Shown here: in pieces, positions 22,768 through 32,877 of the stretch | How positions within the stretch are numbered: the first letter of the stretch is position 1 | How the letters are laid out: every line of letters starts with the position of its first letter | From: a virus | IMG/VR virus record: IMGVR_UViG_3300045988_132224 | Coordinates: 1-45,180 of that record | Length of the DNA: 45,180 nt | Direction: 5' to 3' (one strand) | Notes under the pieces: model-generated | Databases searched by the model: none | Seen by the model: only the letters and a program-made list of their open reading frames with translations | What the model was told of the DNA's origin: nothing | Made by a program: the position numbers and the translations under genes

Positions 22768-23205
22768 TCAGACCGGCAAACGCTGCAGGTCTGCAAATAA
22801 AATGCTCCAGGACACACGCTGCCCCTGTGCCTGGAAGGGTTCATCCGGTTCTTTGACGAAAGCTCCGCCAGTGCCATAGTAAGTTTTGTTCATCTTCGGG
22901 GCCGTGATGGTCATGCTCATCTGCGCCCATTCATCGGTGGGCGCGCCGACGAGATAGTTGAACAGGCCCTGCAGCCAGTTATGAAGGCCCGATGTCTGCT
23001 GAGCGTTAATCGTGATATTCCCATTATTCCCGGCCATCTTGGACACCATGATATGGCCATCAGCAGCCACATCGTGTGCCGTGCGATCCGTAACCTTGGA
23101 GATAGTCATATCGCCGATGCCTTCGCCTTCGAGTGAGTACGACCCATACGACGGGTGGGAAATCGTCGCGGTAATATCCGTGAAACTATAAGTAGAATGT
23201 GCCAT
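22768..23205 (-). CDS. Tail tube protein
   Basis: 145 aa, directly after the sheath gene. DUF3277-like by memory. Confidence 0.65.
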   Translation of the reverse strand: MAHSTYSFTDITATISHPSYGSYSLEGEGIGDMTISKVTDRTAHDVAADGHIMVSKMAGNNGNITINAQQTSGLHNWLQGLFNYLVGAPTDEWAQMSMTITAPKMNKTYYGTGGAFVKEPDEPFQAQGQRVSWSILFADLQRLPV

Positions 23206-23216
23206 TTGGTTCCCTC

Positions 23217-24362
23217 CTATCTATTAACGTCCACCTGGATAGTAACGTGGTGGATGGCACCGGCCAGCTTCAAGCTGACGTAAATCGGCGGGGCTTTACG
23301 AGCGTCCCGGTCGGCCTGGGACTGTTCGTCGATAGGCTCGGACTGAATCATATAGCCACTCGGCAGGGTAGCCCCATAAGCCAGATTTAAAATATCATTT
23401 GATTTCCATACCCCCATCGCAATAAACCCGATGCGGTTCATGTCCTCACATACAACCTTGATGGCGTCTTTAATCCGGGTCATCCCTGCTTCGGTCTGAG
23501 CAATCTTGTTGTTCTGGTACAGCAGATCCATGACGGCCAGCTGCATGTCGTTTTTGTACTTGTCCAGATAAATAACCTCATCAAACCATGTACCATCCGC
23601 CATCGTGCCTTCTTCGAACACGTTGTAATAGCTGCCGCGGTTGATGTAAACGTTGCCATAATTACCTTTGATGGCGTTAACCTTGGCCGACGAGAACAGC
23701 GCAGAGGAGTTTTCTGTTTCGACGCCGACTTCCGTCTTATATGCCAATGTGAAGGCGCTGTTAATGGTTCCGGTCATGGCGCCCATAGCCCAGCCAATGA
23801 TGGCACAAACGGCGTCGTCGTTCTTCGAGCTGTACTGGCCAAAGCTGTGCCGGTAGCTCAGGTCCTTGAGCTTCTTGAAAATGCCGCCATCTTCTGTGTC
23901 CATGACTTTGGTGTCGTTCGTCGTGTACGCAAATACAGTGTCCGGAGATACCGATTCGACGTACTGCGCACACTCAAGGATTTGGTCGTTGGAAATGGCC
24001 CCGCAATAAATGCCGATGTACCACTCGCCGTCGTCTTCGCGACAAGCCTGCAACGTAGCCAGTGGCGTTTCCAAAGTGCTGTCGGTTTTCATGGCCTTGC
24101 CAATAGCGACCTTCGGCGGTGTCTTCGCCTGCCCAAAAATAAGAGCTGCTGCTTTATACAGCCGGTCGCTTGTAGTAAAGCCATCTTGCAACATTTCGGT
24201 CGTGTTTTCATAGGTTTTGATTCTGGCCGACCCAAAATCGACATTGTCGCCAACATCACCCATAAGTAATGCCAGGTTAAAGGCTTTCCGGACCGCCGAC
24301 CGGGCCGACAGGTTGACCATAATGTTCGCAACCGGGTCCAGCGGCAGTGTGTAATTTGCCAT
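23217..24362 (-). CDS. Tail sheath protein
   Basis: 381 aa, preceding the tube and chaperone genes. DUF3383-like by memory. Confidence 0.65.
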   Translation of the reverse strand: MANYTLPLDPVANIMVNLSARSAVRKAFNLALLMGDVGDNVDFGSARIKTYENTTEMLQDGFTTSDRLYKAAALIFGQAKTPPKVAIGKAMKTDSTLETPLATLQACREDDGEWYIGIYCGAISNDQILECAQYVESVSPDTVFAYTTNDTKVMDTEDGGIFKKLKDLSYRHSFGQYSSKNDDAVCAIIGWAMGAMTGTINSAFTLAYKTEVGVETENSSALFSSAKVNAIKGNYGNVYINRGSYYNVFEEGTMADGTWFDEVIYLDKYKNDMQLAVMDLLYQNNKIAQTEAGMTRIKDAIKVVCEDMNRIGFIAMGVWKSNDILNLAYGATLPSGYMIQSEPIDEQSQADRDARKAPPIYVSLKLAGAIHHVTIQVDVNR

Positions 24363-24377
24363 GGAAATTCCTCCTTA

Positions 24378-24908
24378 TCAATTATGTACTGAAGTATTGA
24401 CAGTAAGCGATTCGATGCGTCCGACGTCTTCGTCTGGCGCTTCGTACCACTCGTTAAAGTGCAGCGCAACATCGTACCGGTTCCACCACCGCCCCGCATA
24501 TAATTCTGGGACATAGCGGCATACCGGCATATCAGGAACCAGGAAGACGCCGCCTTGACTGAGCGTTCGGCGGACTTTCTCCGTAAAGACACCGTCTTTG
24601 ATTTGATTGGCTATGTCACAGGATTCAGGGCCGTATATCGTGCAGAGCAGTTCCCATACTCTCGTTCGCCCCCGTTTCCTAATAACCGTATCGTTCCCCG
24701 GTACGTAGATACTGTCGTTCTGCTTGCCATATTCGTCGTCCATTTCGGACAGATTGAGGAAGACGATATTATCGTCGAATCCCCAGTCCGGGCCGCCTTT
24801 GGCAGGGTATTTCCACCGGATATAGCGGTCTGGTTCCCCTGATACTTCATTTCCCACCATCTCATTGATGGCGTCCCAGAACAAATTCGTAAGATCACTA
24901 TATTTCAC
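24378..24908 (-). CDS. Neck/tail-completion protein (hypothetical)
   Basis: ORF track; overlapping junctions within the operon. Confidence 0.5.
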   Translation of the reverse strand: MKYSDLTNLFWDAINEMVGNEVSGEPDRYIRWKYPAKGGPDWGFDDNIVFLNLSEMDDEYGKQNDSIYVPGNDTVIRKRGRTRVWELLCTIYGPESCDIANQIKDGVFTEKVRRTLSQGGVFLVPDMPVCRYVPELYAGRWWNRYDVALHFNEWYEAPDEDVGRIESLTVNTSVHN

Positions 24909-25261
24909 GGGCTATCACCTGCCAGCGTGCCAATAGCTTTGTAATAGCCATTGCTCTGATAGTCGAACACCTGCAGTAGCTTGTATTTTTGACCTCGGAA
25001 CACGCATATATCGGACATCGAGTCCGTATCCGTTATATGGAATGGTACATCTGCATAGAAAGTCTTCATGCCATTCTGGCGGTCACCTTCCGGCAGCATT
25101 TCAAGGTCCTTTGAAGAGGACGGGGCTACAATGCCTTCGACTTCAATCGTTTCCGTCACCTGGGCCTGCACTCCCTTATACCAGGTGCTGCCGGTGTTCC
25201 GGATGATCGTGAAGGCATCACAAAAGTCCGGGTCATGTATCAGTTCCCTTACGTTTATCAT
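24905..25261 (-). CDS. Head-tail joining protein (hypothetical)
   Basis: ORF track; operon context. Confidence 0.5.
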   Translation of the reverse strand: MINVRELIHDPDFCDAFTIIRNTGSTWYKGVQAQVTETIEVEGIVAPSSSKDLEMLPEGDRQNGMKTFYADVPFHITDTDSMSDICVFRGQKYKLLQVFDYQSNGYYKAIGTLAGDSP

Positions 25262-25842
25262 GTTTTATCCCTCACTACATACGTTATTGCCTTGCGCATT
25301 TCGCCGGTATCAATCAGCGGTTGCGAGGACCCCTTCTTCTTAATGGTGTATGGGGCATTGGGTGGCCATCCATTGGCCGGATTCTCGAACCAGCCGCGGG
25401 CGGCTGATACAGCCACCATGCCTGCTTTGTTTAGATTGGCCTCACATTGTGCTGGTTTCCCCTCTAAGGCACTTTTGCTGGCCGCGCCTATAAGTTTACC
25501 AATGGCGTCTTTCTGGCTCGCTATGGCCGGTTCTAAGACGGGCCTGGGCGGGACGTGATACATGGGGCTCCCGTGCGAATGGATGTACAGCTCGTGAGCC
25601 TTGCTGTATTTCATACCAGAATCAAGGCCGTCCTGCATTTCCTTGCGCATGGACGCGCTGCGGACGCCATGAGACTGGATATAGAGCAACTCGGCATTGT
25701 TGATTTCGCCACTGTGTTCACGCGTTGAATTTTCTGCCGGGATGCCGACAAGGACTTCTTTATTGGTCAGCGCTTTTAGCTGCTTCCGCAACTCCTGCAG
25801 GTGGTTGAGCTTCTGTAGCGACACTTTCATTACCATACGCAC
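25258..25842 (-). CDS. Head-tail connector/head-closure protein (hypothetical)
   Basis: ORF track; operon context. Confidence 0.5.
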   Translation of the reverse strand: MRMVMKVSLQKLNHLQELRKQLKALTNKEVLVGIPAENSTREHSGEINNAELLYIQSHGVRSASMRKEMQDGLDSGMKYSKAHELYIHSHGSPMYHVPPRPVLEPAIASQKDAIGKLIGAASKSALEGKPAQCEANLNKAGMVAVSAARGWFENPANGWPPNAPYTIKKKGSSQPLIDTGEMRKAITYVVRDKT

Positions 25843-26324
25843 ATCCCTCCGGCGGATACCAGTCGAGCAATCGTGATGAACTGCTGGCCAAATGCGGTGT
25901 ACTTATAAGTACCCCAGCCATCAAAATCGCCCGCCATCATGCTGAAGTCGTAAGAAACGGACAGATCACCGGCACTTTTAGACGTTTGTACGCCCTTGGC
26001 CAGGCCGGCATTGATAATTTTCGACGTCGCATCCCCGGGGTCCGCCGCTGATTGCATATAGAGCGTCAGCCAGTGTGCGATAAACAACCCCATAGCCATT
26101 TCCCAGTAATCCCGATAGCGGTGATAGGATAACGCGGCATGGGCCAGCTTTACCCATCCAGAAACAACAACAGCCGGGATTACTCGATTCCCGGCCGTGT
26201 CTGTTTTGTTGAATTGGGGATATGCGGCATAAAACGTGTCTTCCGTGTATTCGGGGTTATCCCCACAACGGATATTGGATGCCGCCGTGATGATTCCCAT
26301 GACATCAAGCGTTGAGTAAATCAT
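25830..26324 (-). CDS. Head-tail adaptor (DUF4054-like by memory)
   Basis: ORF track; position after the capsid gene. Confidence 0.5.
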   Translation of the reverse strand: MIYSTLDVMGIITAASNIRCGDNPEYTEDTFYAAYPQFNKTDTAGNRVIPAVVVSGWVKLAHAALSYHRYRDYWEMAMGLFIAHWLTLYMQSAADPGDATSKIINAGLAKGVQTSKSAGDLSVSYDFSMMAGDFDGWGTYKYTAFGQQFITIARLVSAGGMCVW

Positions 26325-26345
26325 CGTATCGCCCCCTCCCCTGGG

Positions 26346-26591
26346 TTATTTTTTCGCCGTCTCGGTATCTTTGCCTGTGTCTTTTCCCGTCGCTTTTTTG
26401 CCGTCGTCCGGGTCATCTGCTACGTCGATAGTGCCGTCAGCTTTGCCCCACGCATACATCGGGTCTTTGGCAACCCAGTCCGGCAGCGTTTCGAATTTAT
26501 ACGGCTCTACTGTCAAGAGCTTGTCTGATTCGCCAGTTGGCGAAGGGTTCCTGAAGGCAATCTTTTTCTTGGATATTAAACGAATACTCAT
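26346..26591 (-). CDS. Hypothetical virion-module protein
   Basis: ORF track. Confidence 0.5.
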   Translation of the reverse strand: MSIRLISKKKIAFRNPSPTGESDKLLTVEPYKFETLPDWVAKDPMYAWGKADGTIDVADDPDDGKKATGKDTGKDTETAKK

Positions 26592-26602
26592 GGGGTTCCC
26601 TC

Positions 26603-27616
26603 CTAAATGCCATCCCGATAGATAAACGGTTCATAGTAATGGATTTTGACCTGGCCTACGTTCGACATATACAAGGAATCGTAGGAAGCGCCGATAACAT
26701 TCGGCTGGGTCATGACACGAGACAACGGAACCGGAACGTCCATGCCGACGAAGCGTTTTTCATTGACATAGGCCACCATGCGGTTGGTGCTACCTGTACC
26801 GCGGCCCGTGCAAAACCGACATTCCGCGATGACTAAATCGATGCCTTTGGCCTTTGCGATATTGTTATCCATCAAGTACTTCAGCAAGGATACCGGAGCC
26901 GTGGCGCCATTAGCTGTAAACGGCGTGCGGTTCAGATATGCAAAGTTTTCCGGATCAATCAAGATGTGATTCGGAATAGCCGAGTTATCGTACTGCGCGG
27001 CGGCCCAGCCAGCTACAATAGCGTCATCGATGTCATTCAGGATTTCCTGAGGAGTCTTGTTTTTCCAGGTCGTTTTACCAGATGCGCCAGTGGCAACCGC
27101 AGCCGCGGTAACATGGGCATCATTCATCAGACCGGTCGTTCCATAGGATTTCTGGCCGAGATACGTATTGATGTCCATATATTTGTCATAATCGAGGCGG
27201 ATACCATCATCATAGATTTGTTCAATAGACCGGCCGGTTACGGCTCCGCGGAGCTGGTCCTGGATTTTGATGCTCATGGACACTTCATAAGGCATAACCT
27301 TATACAGGTCTTTGCTCATATCGGCCTGGATACGTCTGATAGCGTTCTGGACGCCGCCGATACCATCGCGTTCGCCTCCGGTTACGCTATAGTCTACGTT
27401 CATGGCCGAGGTGGCTTCTACCCAGCCGCCACCGCTCTCGATGGTGATGTCGCGAGGATAGGTGGTGTTAGTCAGCGGCTCGCGCAGAGACGGGTCGATT
27501 TTTTCAAGCTCACTTTCCAAGAACGCCAGCCCGCTGGCAATGGCCGATGCGTCCATGGTAATGCGGTCGGACGCCCCCATCTGCGGAGCTGTCGCTAATT
27601 TATACTGCTTTCTCAT
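26603..27616 (-). CDS. Major capsid protein (DUF2184 / HK97-fold family by memory)
   Basis: 337 aa, following the scaffold and decoration-like genes. Position and size are typical. Confidence 0.7.
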   Translation of the reverse strand: MRKQYKLATAPQMGASDRITMDASAIASGLAFLESELEKIDPSLREPLTNTTYPRDITIESGGGWVEATSAMNVDYSVTGGERDGIGGVQNAIRRIQADMSKDLYKVMPYEVSMSIKIQDQLRGAVTGRSIEQIYDDGIRLDYDKYMDINTYLGQKSYGTTGLMNDAHVTAAAVATGASGKTTWKNKTPQEILNDIDDAIVAGWAAAQYDNSAIPNHILIDPENFAYLNRTPFTANGATAPVSLLKYLMDNNIAKAKGIDLVIAECRFCTGRGTGSTNRMVAYVNEKRFVGMDVPVPLSRVMTQPNVIGASYDSLYMSNVGQVKIHYYEPFIYRDGI

Positions 27617-27637
27617 GCTAATTCTCCTCCTTCTCGA

Positions 27638-28156
27638 TTACACGCCCTGGCGGGTCAAGATAGTAAGTTCGGCCACGTTGCGGGCGTCTGCGTCAGACGA
27701 CCATTTTACCCCAGTCAGTTCGATGCAGTTACCGGCTTCATTATCGGCCCCGAGGTCTCCGATTGCGGCTCCTGCCGGGCTGGTTCCGGATACAACTTTC
27801 GTGCGGACGTATACCGTGCCATTTACCTTCGGCGTTCCCCATGCGCAGAGTGCCGATACCCCGCCGCGCTGGAGCATGTCACATGGCTCCGAAGCCCGAT
27901 ATACGCCCCAATCCTGGTAGGGCCAAATAACGGCACTCTTTACTTTACGCATAGCGATGCCGGCAAAGGATTCTGCTTTGTCCGTTGCCGTCCAAGCATG
28001 GACCGTACCGTCGTCCCCCATGGCAACAGGAGCGCCAAATTTGATGTCTGCCGAGTCAGCAGCCACTGCACGTGTCCGAGATACTTCGTCGCCGTGTCGG
28101 GACGCCTGGCCGGGATAGCCATAGTTCATATTGATTCCAATCGTTGTGCCTGGCAT
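27638..28156 (-). CDS. Capsid-associated (decoration/cement-like) protein
   Basis: ORF track; lies between the scaffold/protease and the major capsid gene. Confidence 0.5.
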   Translation of the reverse strand: MPGTTIGINMNYGYPGQASRHGDEVSRTRAVAADSADIKFGAPVAMGDDGTVHAWTATDKAESFAGIAMRKVKSAVIWPYQDWGVYRASEPCDMLQRGGVSALCAWGTPKVNGTVYVRTKVVSGTSPAGAAIGDLGADNEAGNCIELTGVKWSSDADARNVAELTILTRQGV

Positions 28157-28158
28157 AA

Positions 28159-29400
28159 TTAGTTACCTCCTTTGTAGTGCGGGTTACGTTTGCGGCAGTT
28201 TTCGCCAAAATCCCGCGGGTCGCCCTGTTTATTAAGGGCCGAATCGTTTACTTTGCGGCGGCGGTTCAACGCGCCATAGCCACCCGTGAGGGGCTGTGTA
28301 CCGCCTCTGCGCAGTGCTTTACGGACAGCCCTGCTCATGGCGTCAGATACGCGGCGGCGCTGCGGGTTCGGCATCGTCGCCACAATCGGTTTGATGGACC
28401 GAATAATGCTCAAAGCAATCGCTCTGTCCTGGGCCTCACGGTTCTGTGGCGTGTCCTTCCCTTCCTCTTCTGCCGGCGTATCTTCGTCGGTTTCGATGTC
28501 TTCCGGCGGAACCGTAACGGATTCTTCGCCGTCGTCTTCGGTCGCATCGTTTTTCTGCTCCGGATCTAATTCCTCTTCCAGGGAATCCATAGCTTCAGTA
28601 CCCTTATCATCTTTGTCTTCCAGGTCGTCTTCATCGTCCGTTGGCTGCTCGCCTTGCTGGGAAGCCAATGCGGCAACGCGTTCATTTAACGCGTCAATGG
28701 CATCCTTGAGGTTATTGTCCCCTTTCTCATCTTTTTCATCATCGCCGCAGTTTTCGACGTCATTTACGACCTGGGCCGCTTCGCGGACTTCATCCGGATC
28801 GGCATCTTTTACGAAGGCCGCAAACATACGATGCAATACACTTTTCTTTCTGCTCATTGATTTTCCTCCTTTAGGTTTTGAGTCTTTAATGGACACATCG
28901 TGCCCTGCGCGGCCATTGGTTACGATGGCCACGTGATTGCCAATGATGTCGGCCTGATGATATGTACCGTCGTCGTTGGCGATATATTTGCAATCATAGC
29001 CACATGATATTTCGCGCTTCCCGGCCTCGACCTTAGCCGCCAGCGCTGCATCATAAATGACTATATCGCAAACCAGTTTGTCATTGTCCTCTCCGTTGCC
29101 GCGGCGGACATTCTGCACCACGCCTTTCACATAGGTGCTGTAGTTCGACGAATCAATCCCGACAGGTGGATGGTCGTCGGTCAGTGGCTTACCTTCAAAT
29201 GAGGCAATAGCCGAAGGCTTGAATACTTCCTCCGGGGTTCGGAACACCGTGACAATCGGCAAATCCGAATCAATCCCCAGCTCTTTCGGCAAATATTCCT
29301 GTGCTCCCGTCCGACAGATAGGTACCGTGTGGCATACCAGATACCCCTCCGGCGTCTTTGTCATATGCGGTGAAAACCGGGAACCATAAAATGCTTTCAA
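28159..29400 (-). CDS. Prohead protease/scaffolding protein (DUF2213-like) with acidic C-terminal region
   Basis: TTG start after AGGAG. The N-terminal domain ...GKPLTDDHP...ISCGYDC...GNHVAIV is followed by a Asp/Glu-rich linker. Confidence 0.6.
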   Translation of the reverse strand: MKAFYGSRFSPHMTKTPEGYLVCHTVPICRTGAQEYLPKELGIDSDLPIVTVFRTPEEVFKPSAIASFEGKPLTDDHPPVGIDSSNYSTYVKGVVQNVRRGNGEDNDKLVCDIVIYDAALAAKVEAGKREISCGYDCKYIANDDGTYHQADIIGNHVAIVTNGRAGHDVSIKDSKPKGGKSMSRKKSVLHRMFAAFVKDADPDEVREAAQVVNDVENCGDDEKDEKGDNNLKDAIDALNERVAALASQQGEQPTDDEDDLEDKDDKGTEAMDSLEEELDPEQKNDATEDDGEESVTVPPEDIETDEDTPAEEEGKDTPQNREAQDRAIALSIIRSIKPIVATMPNPQRRRVSDAMSRAVRKALRRGGTQPLTGGYGALNRRRKVNDSALNKQGDPRDFGENCRKRNPHYKGGN

Positions 29401-29426
29401 ATGGCACCATCTCCTGAAAATGGGTA

Positions 29427-29454
29427 TAAAAAAACCACCTCATAATGAGATGGT
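29427..29454 (-). terminator. Strong rho-independent terminator inside the head operon
   Basis: The minus-strand RNA folds as ACCAUCUC-AUUAU-GAGGUGGU followed by U7. Confidence 0.7.
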
Positions 29455-29467
29455 AAAAAATATCAAA

Positions 29468-29788
29468 TTATAATCCTGGAACACTATCTTCGATTCCTTT
29501 AGCCATTCTCATGGCCCGTTGCATCAAGCTGTTTTCGTTTAAATACTCCAATCCTCGTAGTGTCAATCGCGGACGTCCCTTGCTGACCATGAAGTGGCCT
29601 GCGCTGTCAACATCTATGGCAATCCCTTCAATTAATCCAGCCATTAACAACATGCGTAAAATAGATAACAGCCGTTGCTCCGTAATATGCAAGGTTGTCG
29701 GCGAAAGGTAACGCTCATCAAACTCTTCACTATCCATGCTGGTTTCCAGTATTTTCAAAATACGATAAATAATGCGGATGTTGTCCAT
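29468..29788 (-). CDS. YjcQ-like winged-helix protein (by memory)
   Basis: 106 aa with IIYRILKILE...GLIEGI...LTLRGLEYL. AT-rich island. Confidence 0.5.
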   Translation of the reverse strand: MDNIRIIYRILKILETSMDSEEFDERYLSPTTLHITEQRLLSILRMLLMAGLIEGIAIDVDSAGHFMVSKGRPRLTLRGLEYLNENSLMQRAMRMAKGIEDSVPGL

Positions 29789-29814
29789 GATAGTACTTCT
29801 CCCTTATTACATGG

Positions 29815-30009
29815 TCAGTAAATAGGCTTGCCTTCTTTATATGCCTCACGGGCTTCGTTTAGTGACATCGAATTGGCTCCGCCGCGATAATCTGGGTTCT
29901 CACTTTGGATGGCGTCATTGCACCATCCGCATAAGTCGCAAAAATCCATATCATTCCAGTGTTCAAATGCATATTTGCCACACACAGGGCATTTAACCGG
30001 TTCCTCCAT
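29815..30009 (-). CDS. Cysteine-rich CPCC-type small protein
   Basis: CPVCGKYAFEHWNDMDFCDLCGWC motif. Confidence 0.6.
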   Translation of the reverse strand: MEEPVKCPVCGKYAFEHWNDMDFCDLCGWCNDAIQSENPDYRGGANSMSLNEAREAYKEGKPIY

Positions 30010-30514
30010 GATGAATATCTGCCTTTCTTTGCTTTATGTAGTATTTAATGCCTTCCATCGGTTTAAAAAGAGTGCGGATGCCTTTATTTAAGTCCGCTTT
30101 TACAAAATCATTCTCTTTGCAGTCATATCGGATAATCTGATTATTTTTGTCAATATGGCCAAGAATATCACCACCAACAGGCATTTCAGCTAGTTTCACA
30201 GCTCTTTCAACGTATTGTTCCATTGTTAAACCCGGATATTCTTCTTGGTGTGTCCGGCCGTTTTTCCAATGATTCATGAGTTTTTGTTTATTTATAAAAC
30301 CACAGATTTTTAACTTATTAGCTCCTGTTGGGCTCGCCCTTACATTACCATTCTTTTTCGTATTTGTCGAGGGCGGTCCGCTGCCTTTGCCAAATTTCCC
30401 GTCTGGCCCTCTGGGATGCTTAGATTCATCCCACTCTTTATCTAAGGTCAGCCGGGCAAGGTGCAGCTTCGTGGCCATCAGTTTCAGGAGTAGCCTATTC
30501 TGTATACTTTTCAT
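29993..30514 (-). CDS. MuF-associated effector-like protein (putative BECR/RelE-fold RNase toxin domain)
   Basis: Starts 2 nt after the MuF stop. Has the linker motif ESKHPRGPDGKFG, then HWKNGRTHQEEYPGLTMEQYVERA...IIRYDCKENDFVKADLNKGIRTLFKP. Confidence 0.5.
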   Translation of the reverse strand: MKSIQNRLLLKLMATKLHLARLTLDKEWDESKHPRGPDGKFGKGSGPPSTNTKKNGNVRASPTGANKLKICGFINKQKLMNHWKNGRTHQEEYPGLTMEQYVERAVKLAEMPVGGDILGHIDKNNQIIRYDCKENDFVKADLNKGIRTLFKPMEGIKYYIKQRKADIHHGGTG

Positions 30515-30516
30515 AA

Positions 30517-31380
30517 CTACTGAATCCTTTCAAAATTGCGGCGGCTGATAGTCCGGATAGATCCATGACGGTAAATGCGTGCTGGCCAATTCACTAAATC
30601 CAGGTCAATGATTGGTTCTGGGTAACACCTGCAGTTCGGGCAGCACCCAGCATGGTAATACCCGAGTGAGTTGCGATAGGGTTTGCCGTTTTTCCCGATA
30701 GTCGGGAACAAGTCTTCTGGCGCCGGCGGGTCATCCCAGTTTACGATGACGCCGCTCATCATGCGGTGGCTGGTGCGCGTGCGCCCATCACCACCCATAC
30801 CACCTACAGGCCGCCAAATATACCAATGTATGCCAAAGTTCTGACAGCGGGCCTGGGTCAACTCTGTCTGGGTCATGGACGTCTGCGTCCTGGCGATGAG
30901 CTCAGCCCTGGCTCTGGTATGGGAAGGGAACATTGTCCGGATTTCCTCCGCAATATCCGAAGCCCTGCGCCCCTTCATCGCTTCGCATGAAGTATAAGCG
31001 GCCACATCGCTGGCAATATCAGTGGGAAGTGTCCGGATGAGAGCCGCATTTTCTGCCACTAAATCGCGCAATTTGCGCCCTGTCGGTCCTTGTAGCTCTT
31101 TCCGTAACAAATTATATAGCTCGCGACTTCGGCCGTTTCTGGCGGCCGCCTGGCGCCATGTGCGCCCCTGATCATCAAATAGGCCCGTGACCATTTTTAG
31201 GGCTGCTGCTTGGCAGACGCGCTGGAAGGTCTTAGTTTCAGCGATTTGTAGGAGCGTATTGCTTATCGCATTTGGGTCTGATGTGCGCCCGACGCGTCGG
31301 ATCATTTGCCTGGCCAATTCCATCAAGCTACGGCGGAAGGCCAGTTCAATTCTGCGTTTCGGTTCCCACAGGTGCTGCAT
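30517..31380 (-). CDS. Head morphogenesis protein (SPP1 gp7 / Mu F family)
   Basis: DGRTRTSHRMMSGVIVNWDDPP and YHAGCCPNCRC motifs. Lies after the portal gene. Confidence 0.8.
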   Translation of the reverse strand: MQHLWEPKRRIELAFRRSLMELARQMIRRVGRTSDPNAISNTLLQIAETKTFQRVCQAAALKMVTGLFDDQGRTWRQAAARNGRSRELYNLLRKELQGPTGRKLRDLVAENAALIRTLPTDIASDVAAYTSCEAMKGRRASDIAEEIRTMFPSHTRARAELIARTQTSMTQTELTQARCQNFGIHWYIWRPVGGMGGDGRTRTSHRMMSGVIVNWDDPPAPEDLFPTIGKNGKPYRNSLGYYHAGCCPNCRCYPEPIIDLDLVNWPARIYRHGSIRTISRRNFERIQ

Positions 31381-31398
31381 ACGGCCACGCCCTTTCTA

Positions 31399-32877
31399 TC
31401 ATTTATCCGAAGGGGATACGTTGGGAGCATCATATTCAGATTCGCTGTTTTTCGGCTCGCTTTGCCCTTCTGCGCCGCCAAATAGTCCAGCCATACCATC
31501 CATGCCTTCGTTCGGGTTTTGAATCGTATCGTCGGCATTTTCGATATCTTCATCGGTGATGTTCGACCACATGCCTGTAATCTCGCTCTGTTGGCGTAAC
31601 TCTTTCAGCGCCGTGCGCTGGGATATCATGCCAGCCTGGAATGCTTTCGTTACAGAGTCGGTGTTCTTGCTGGCCAGGTCAGACATCTCATTTTCGTCCG
31701 GGCGGCGTACAGCGTTGAAGTCGTAATCGAAGTCGTCGGGAACGGCGCCAAGTGTCGATGTCATGATGATAGGCAACAGCTTATCTAAAACCGGACGAAG
31801 TTCGGATTCCTGCTTTTCTTCGATAGTATCGTAGTAGTTCTGCATGTCCGACTCGCCCGTGGCATTCATGCCACTCGGCGACCGCCCAAAAAGTTTTGTC
31901 ACCGGTGTTTCTGCGGCACCAGCCACGTCCATCATAAACCGGTCGTAGGCATCCGCGATGCCCCCGAAGGTGTACTGGTGCGTTTCATAGCTGTCATTTT
32001 CGCCGAGCACCTGAATGCTGTTATTATTCATCATGGCATTCATGCCCTGAATCGTGTTGTACAAGTCCTGCTGGGCTTTCTGGCTGCCTGTGGCCAGCAC
32101 CTGGCTCAGTCCTTCCACCTTCATGACGCGTAAGTTGGCCATGAAGGTTAGCATAGCGATATTCCATGATACATTGTCGCGTTTCTTGAGTTCGTCGAAA
32201 ATGTGCTCGATTTCTGACGCGCCCCAGTAGTTTTCGGCCAGCTGCTCGATGTAAGGGAGCGGCCGTCCGATGAACCGTAATATTCGGCTGTGATGGACGC
32301 GCACGCCCCGCTCAATGCTATCGCTGGTCAGGGTATAGGTGTCGGGAAGGCCGAACTCCGGGTCGTCGATGTCGTCCACTAGCTTATCGTCTGGGGATAT
32401 ACCACTCCACCGGTCCAGCACGAGCAGCCCTTTATAATCGCCCGGCATGATTTCGTCCAGGTTCAGCGGCTGGTCCAGCTCATTTTCCTGCCCTTTGAGC
32501 ATGATGAGCGCCCCGGCCCCACCATAGAGACGGCCGAGTTTCAACCCGTCTAGGATACGTGCCGTCGTCCGTGTCTTGCGGTCGGTCTGCATGACCTTCC
32601 GTATGGCGTCAGGAGCTAACTGTGACAGGATTTTATAGCCGTTCTTGCACATGTCTTCCGGAATCGTGTCGATGATGCGCCGCACAATCCAGTGGGACCG
32701 ATACAGGCTGTTTATGGTCTGCCAGTCCCAGGTGAACCGCGTCAACGGATATTGCGTGGATTCCAGCACATTGGGCATGAATACCCCACTCCGCGTCAGC
32801 GGATTCTGGAATGCATCATTTGTCTGCCGCCGTATGGGTTTCTTTCGTCTTTTCCTTGTCATTCTCTCAGCCTCCAT
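31399..32877 (-). CDS. Portal protein
   Basis: 492 aa, between the large terminase and MuF genes. DUF1073-type by memory. Confidence 0.8.
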   Translation of the reverse strand: MEAERMTRKRRKKPIRRQTNDAFQNPLTRSGVFMPNVLESTQYPLTRFTWDWQTINSLYRSHWIVRRIIDTIPEDMCKNGYKILSQLAPDAIRKVMQTDRKTRTTARILDGLKLGRLYGGAGALIMLKGQENELDQPLNLDEIMPGDYKGLLVLDRWSGISPDDKLVDDIDDPEFGLPDTYTLTSDSIERGVRVHHSRILRFIGRPLPYIEQLAENYWGASEIEHIFDELKKRDNVSWNIAMLTFMANLRVMKVEGLSQVLATGSQKAQQDLYNTIQGMNAMMNNNSIQVLGENDSYETHQYTFGGIADAYDRFMMDVAGAAETPVTKLFGRSPSGMNATGESDMQNYYDTIEEKQESELRPVLDKLLPIIMTSTLGAVPDDFDYDFNAVRRPDENEMSDLASKNTDSVTKAFQAGMISQRTALKELRQQSEITGMWSNITDEDIENADDTIQNPNEGMDGMAGLFGGAEGQSEPKNSESEYDAPNVSPSDK

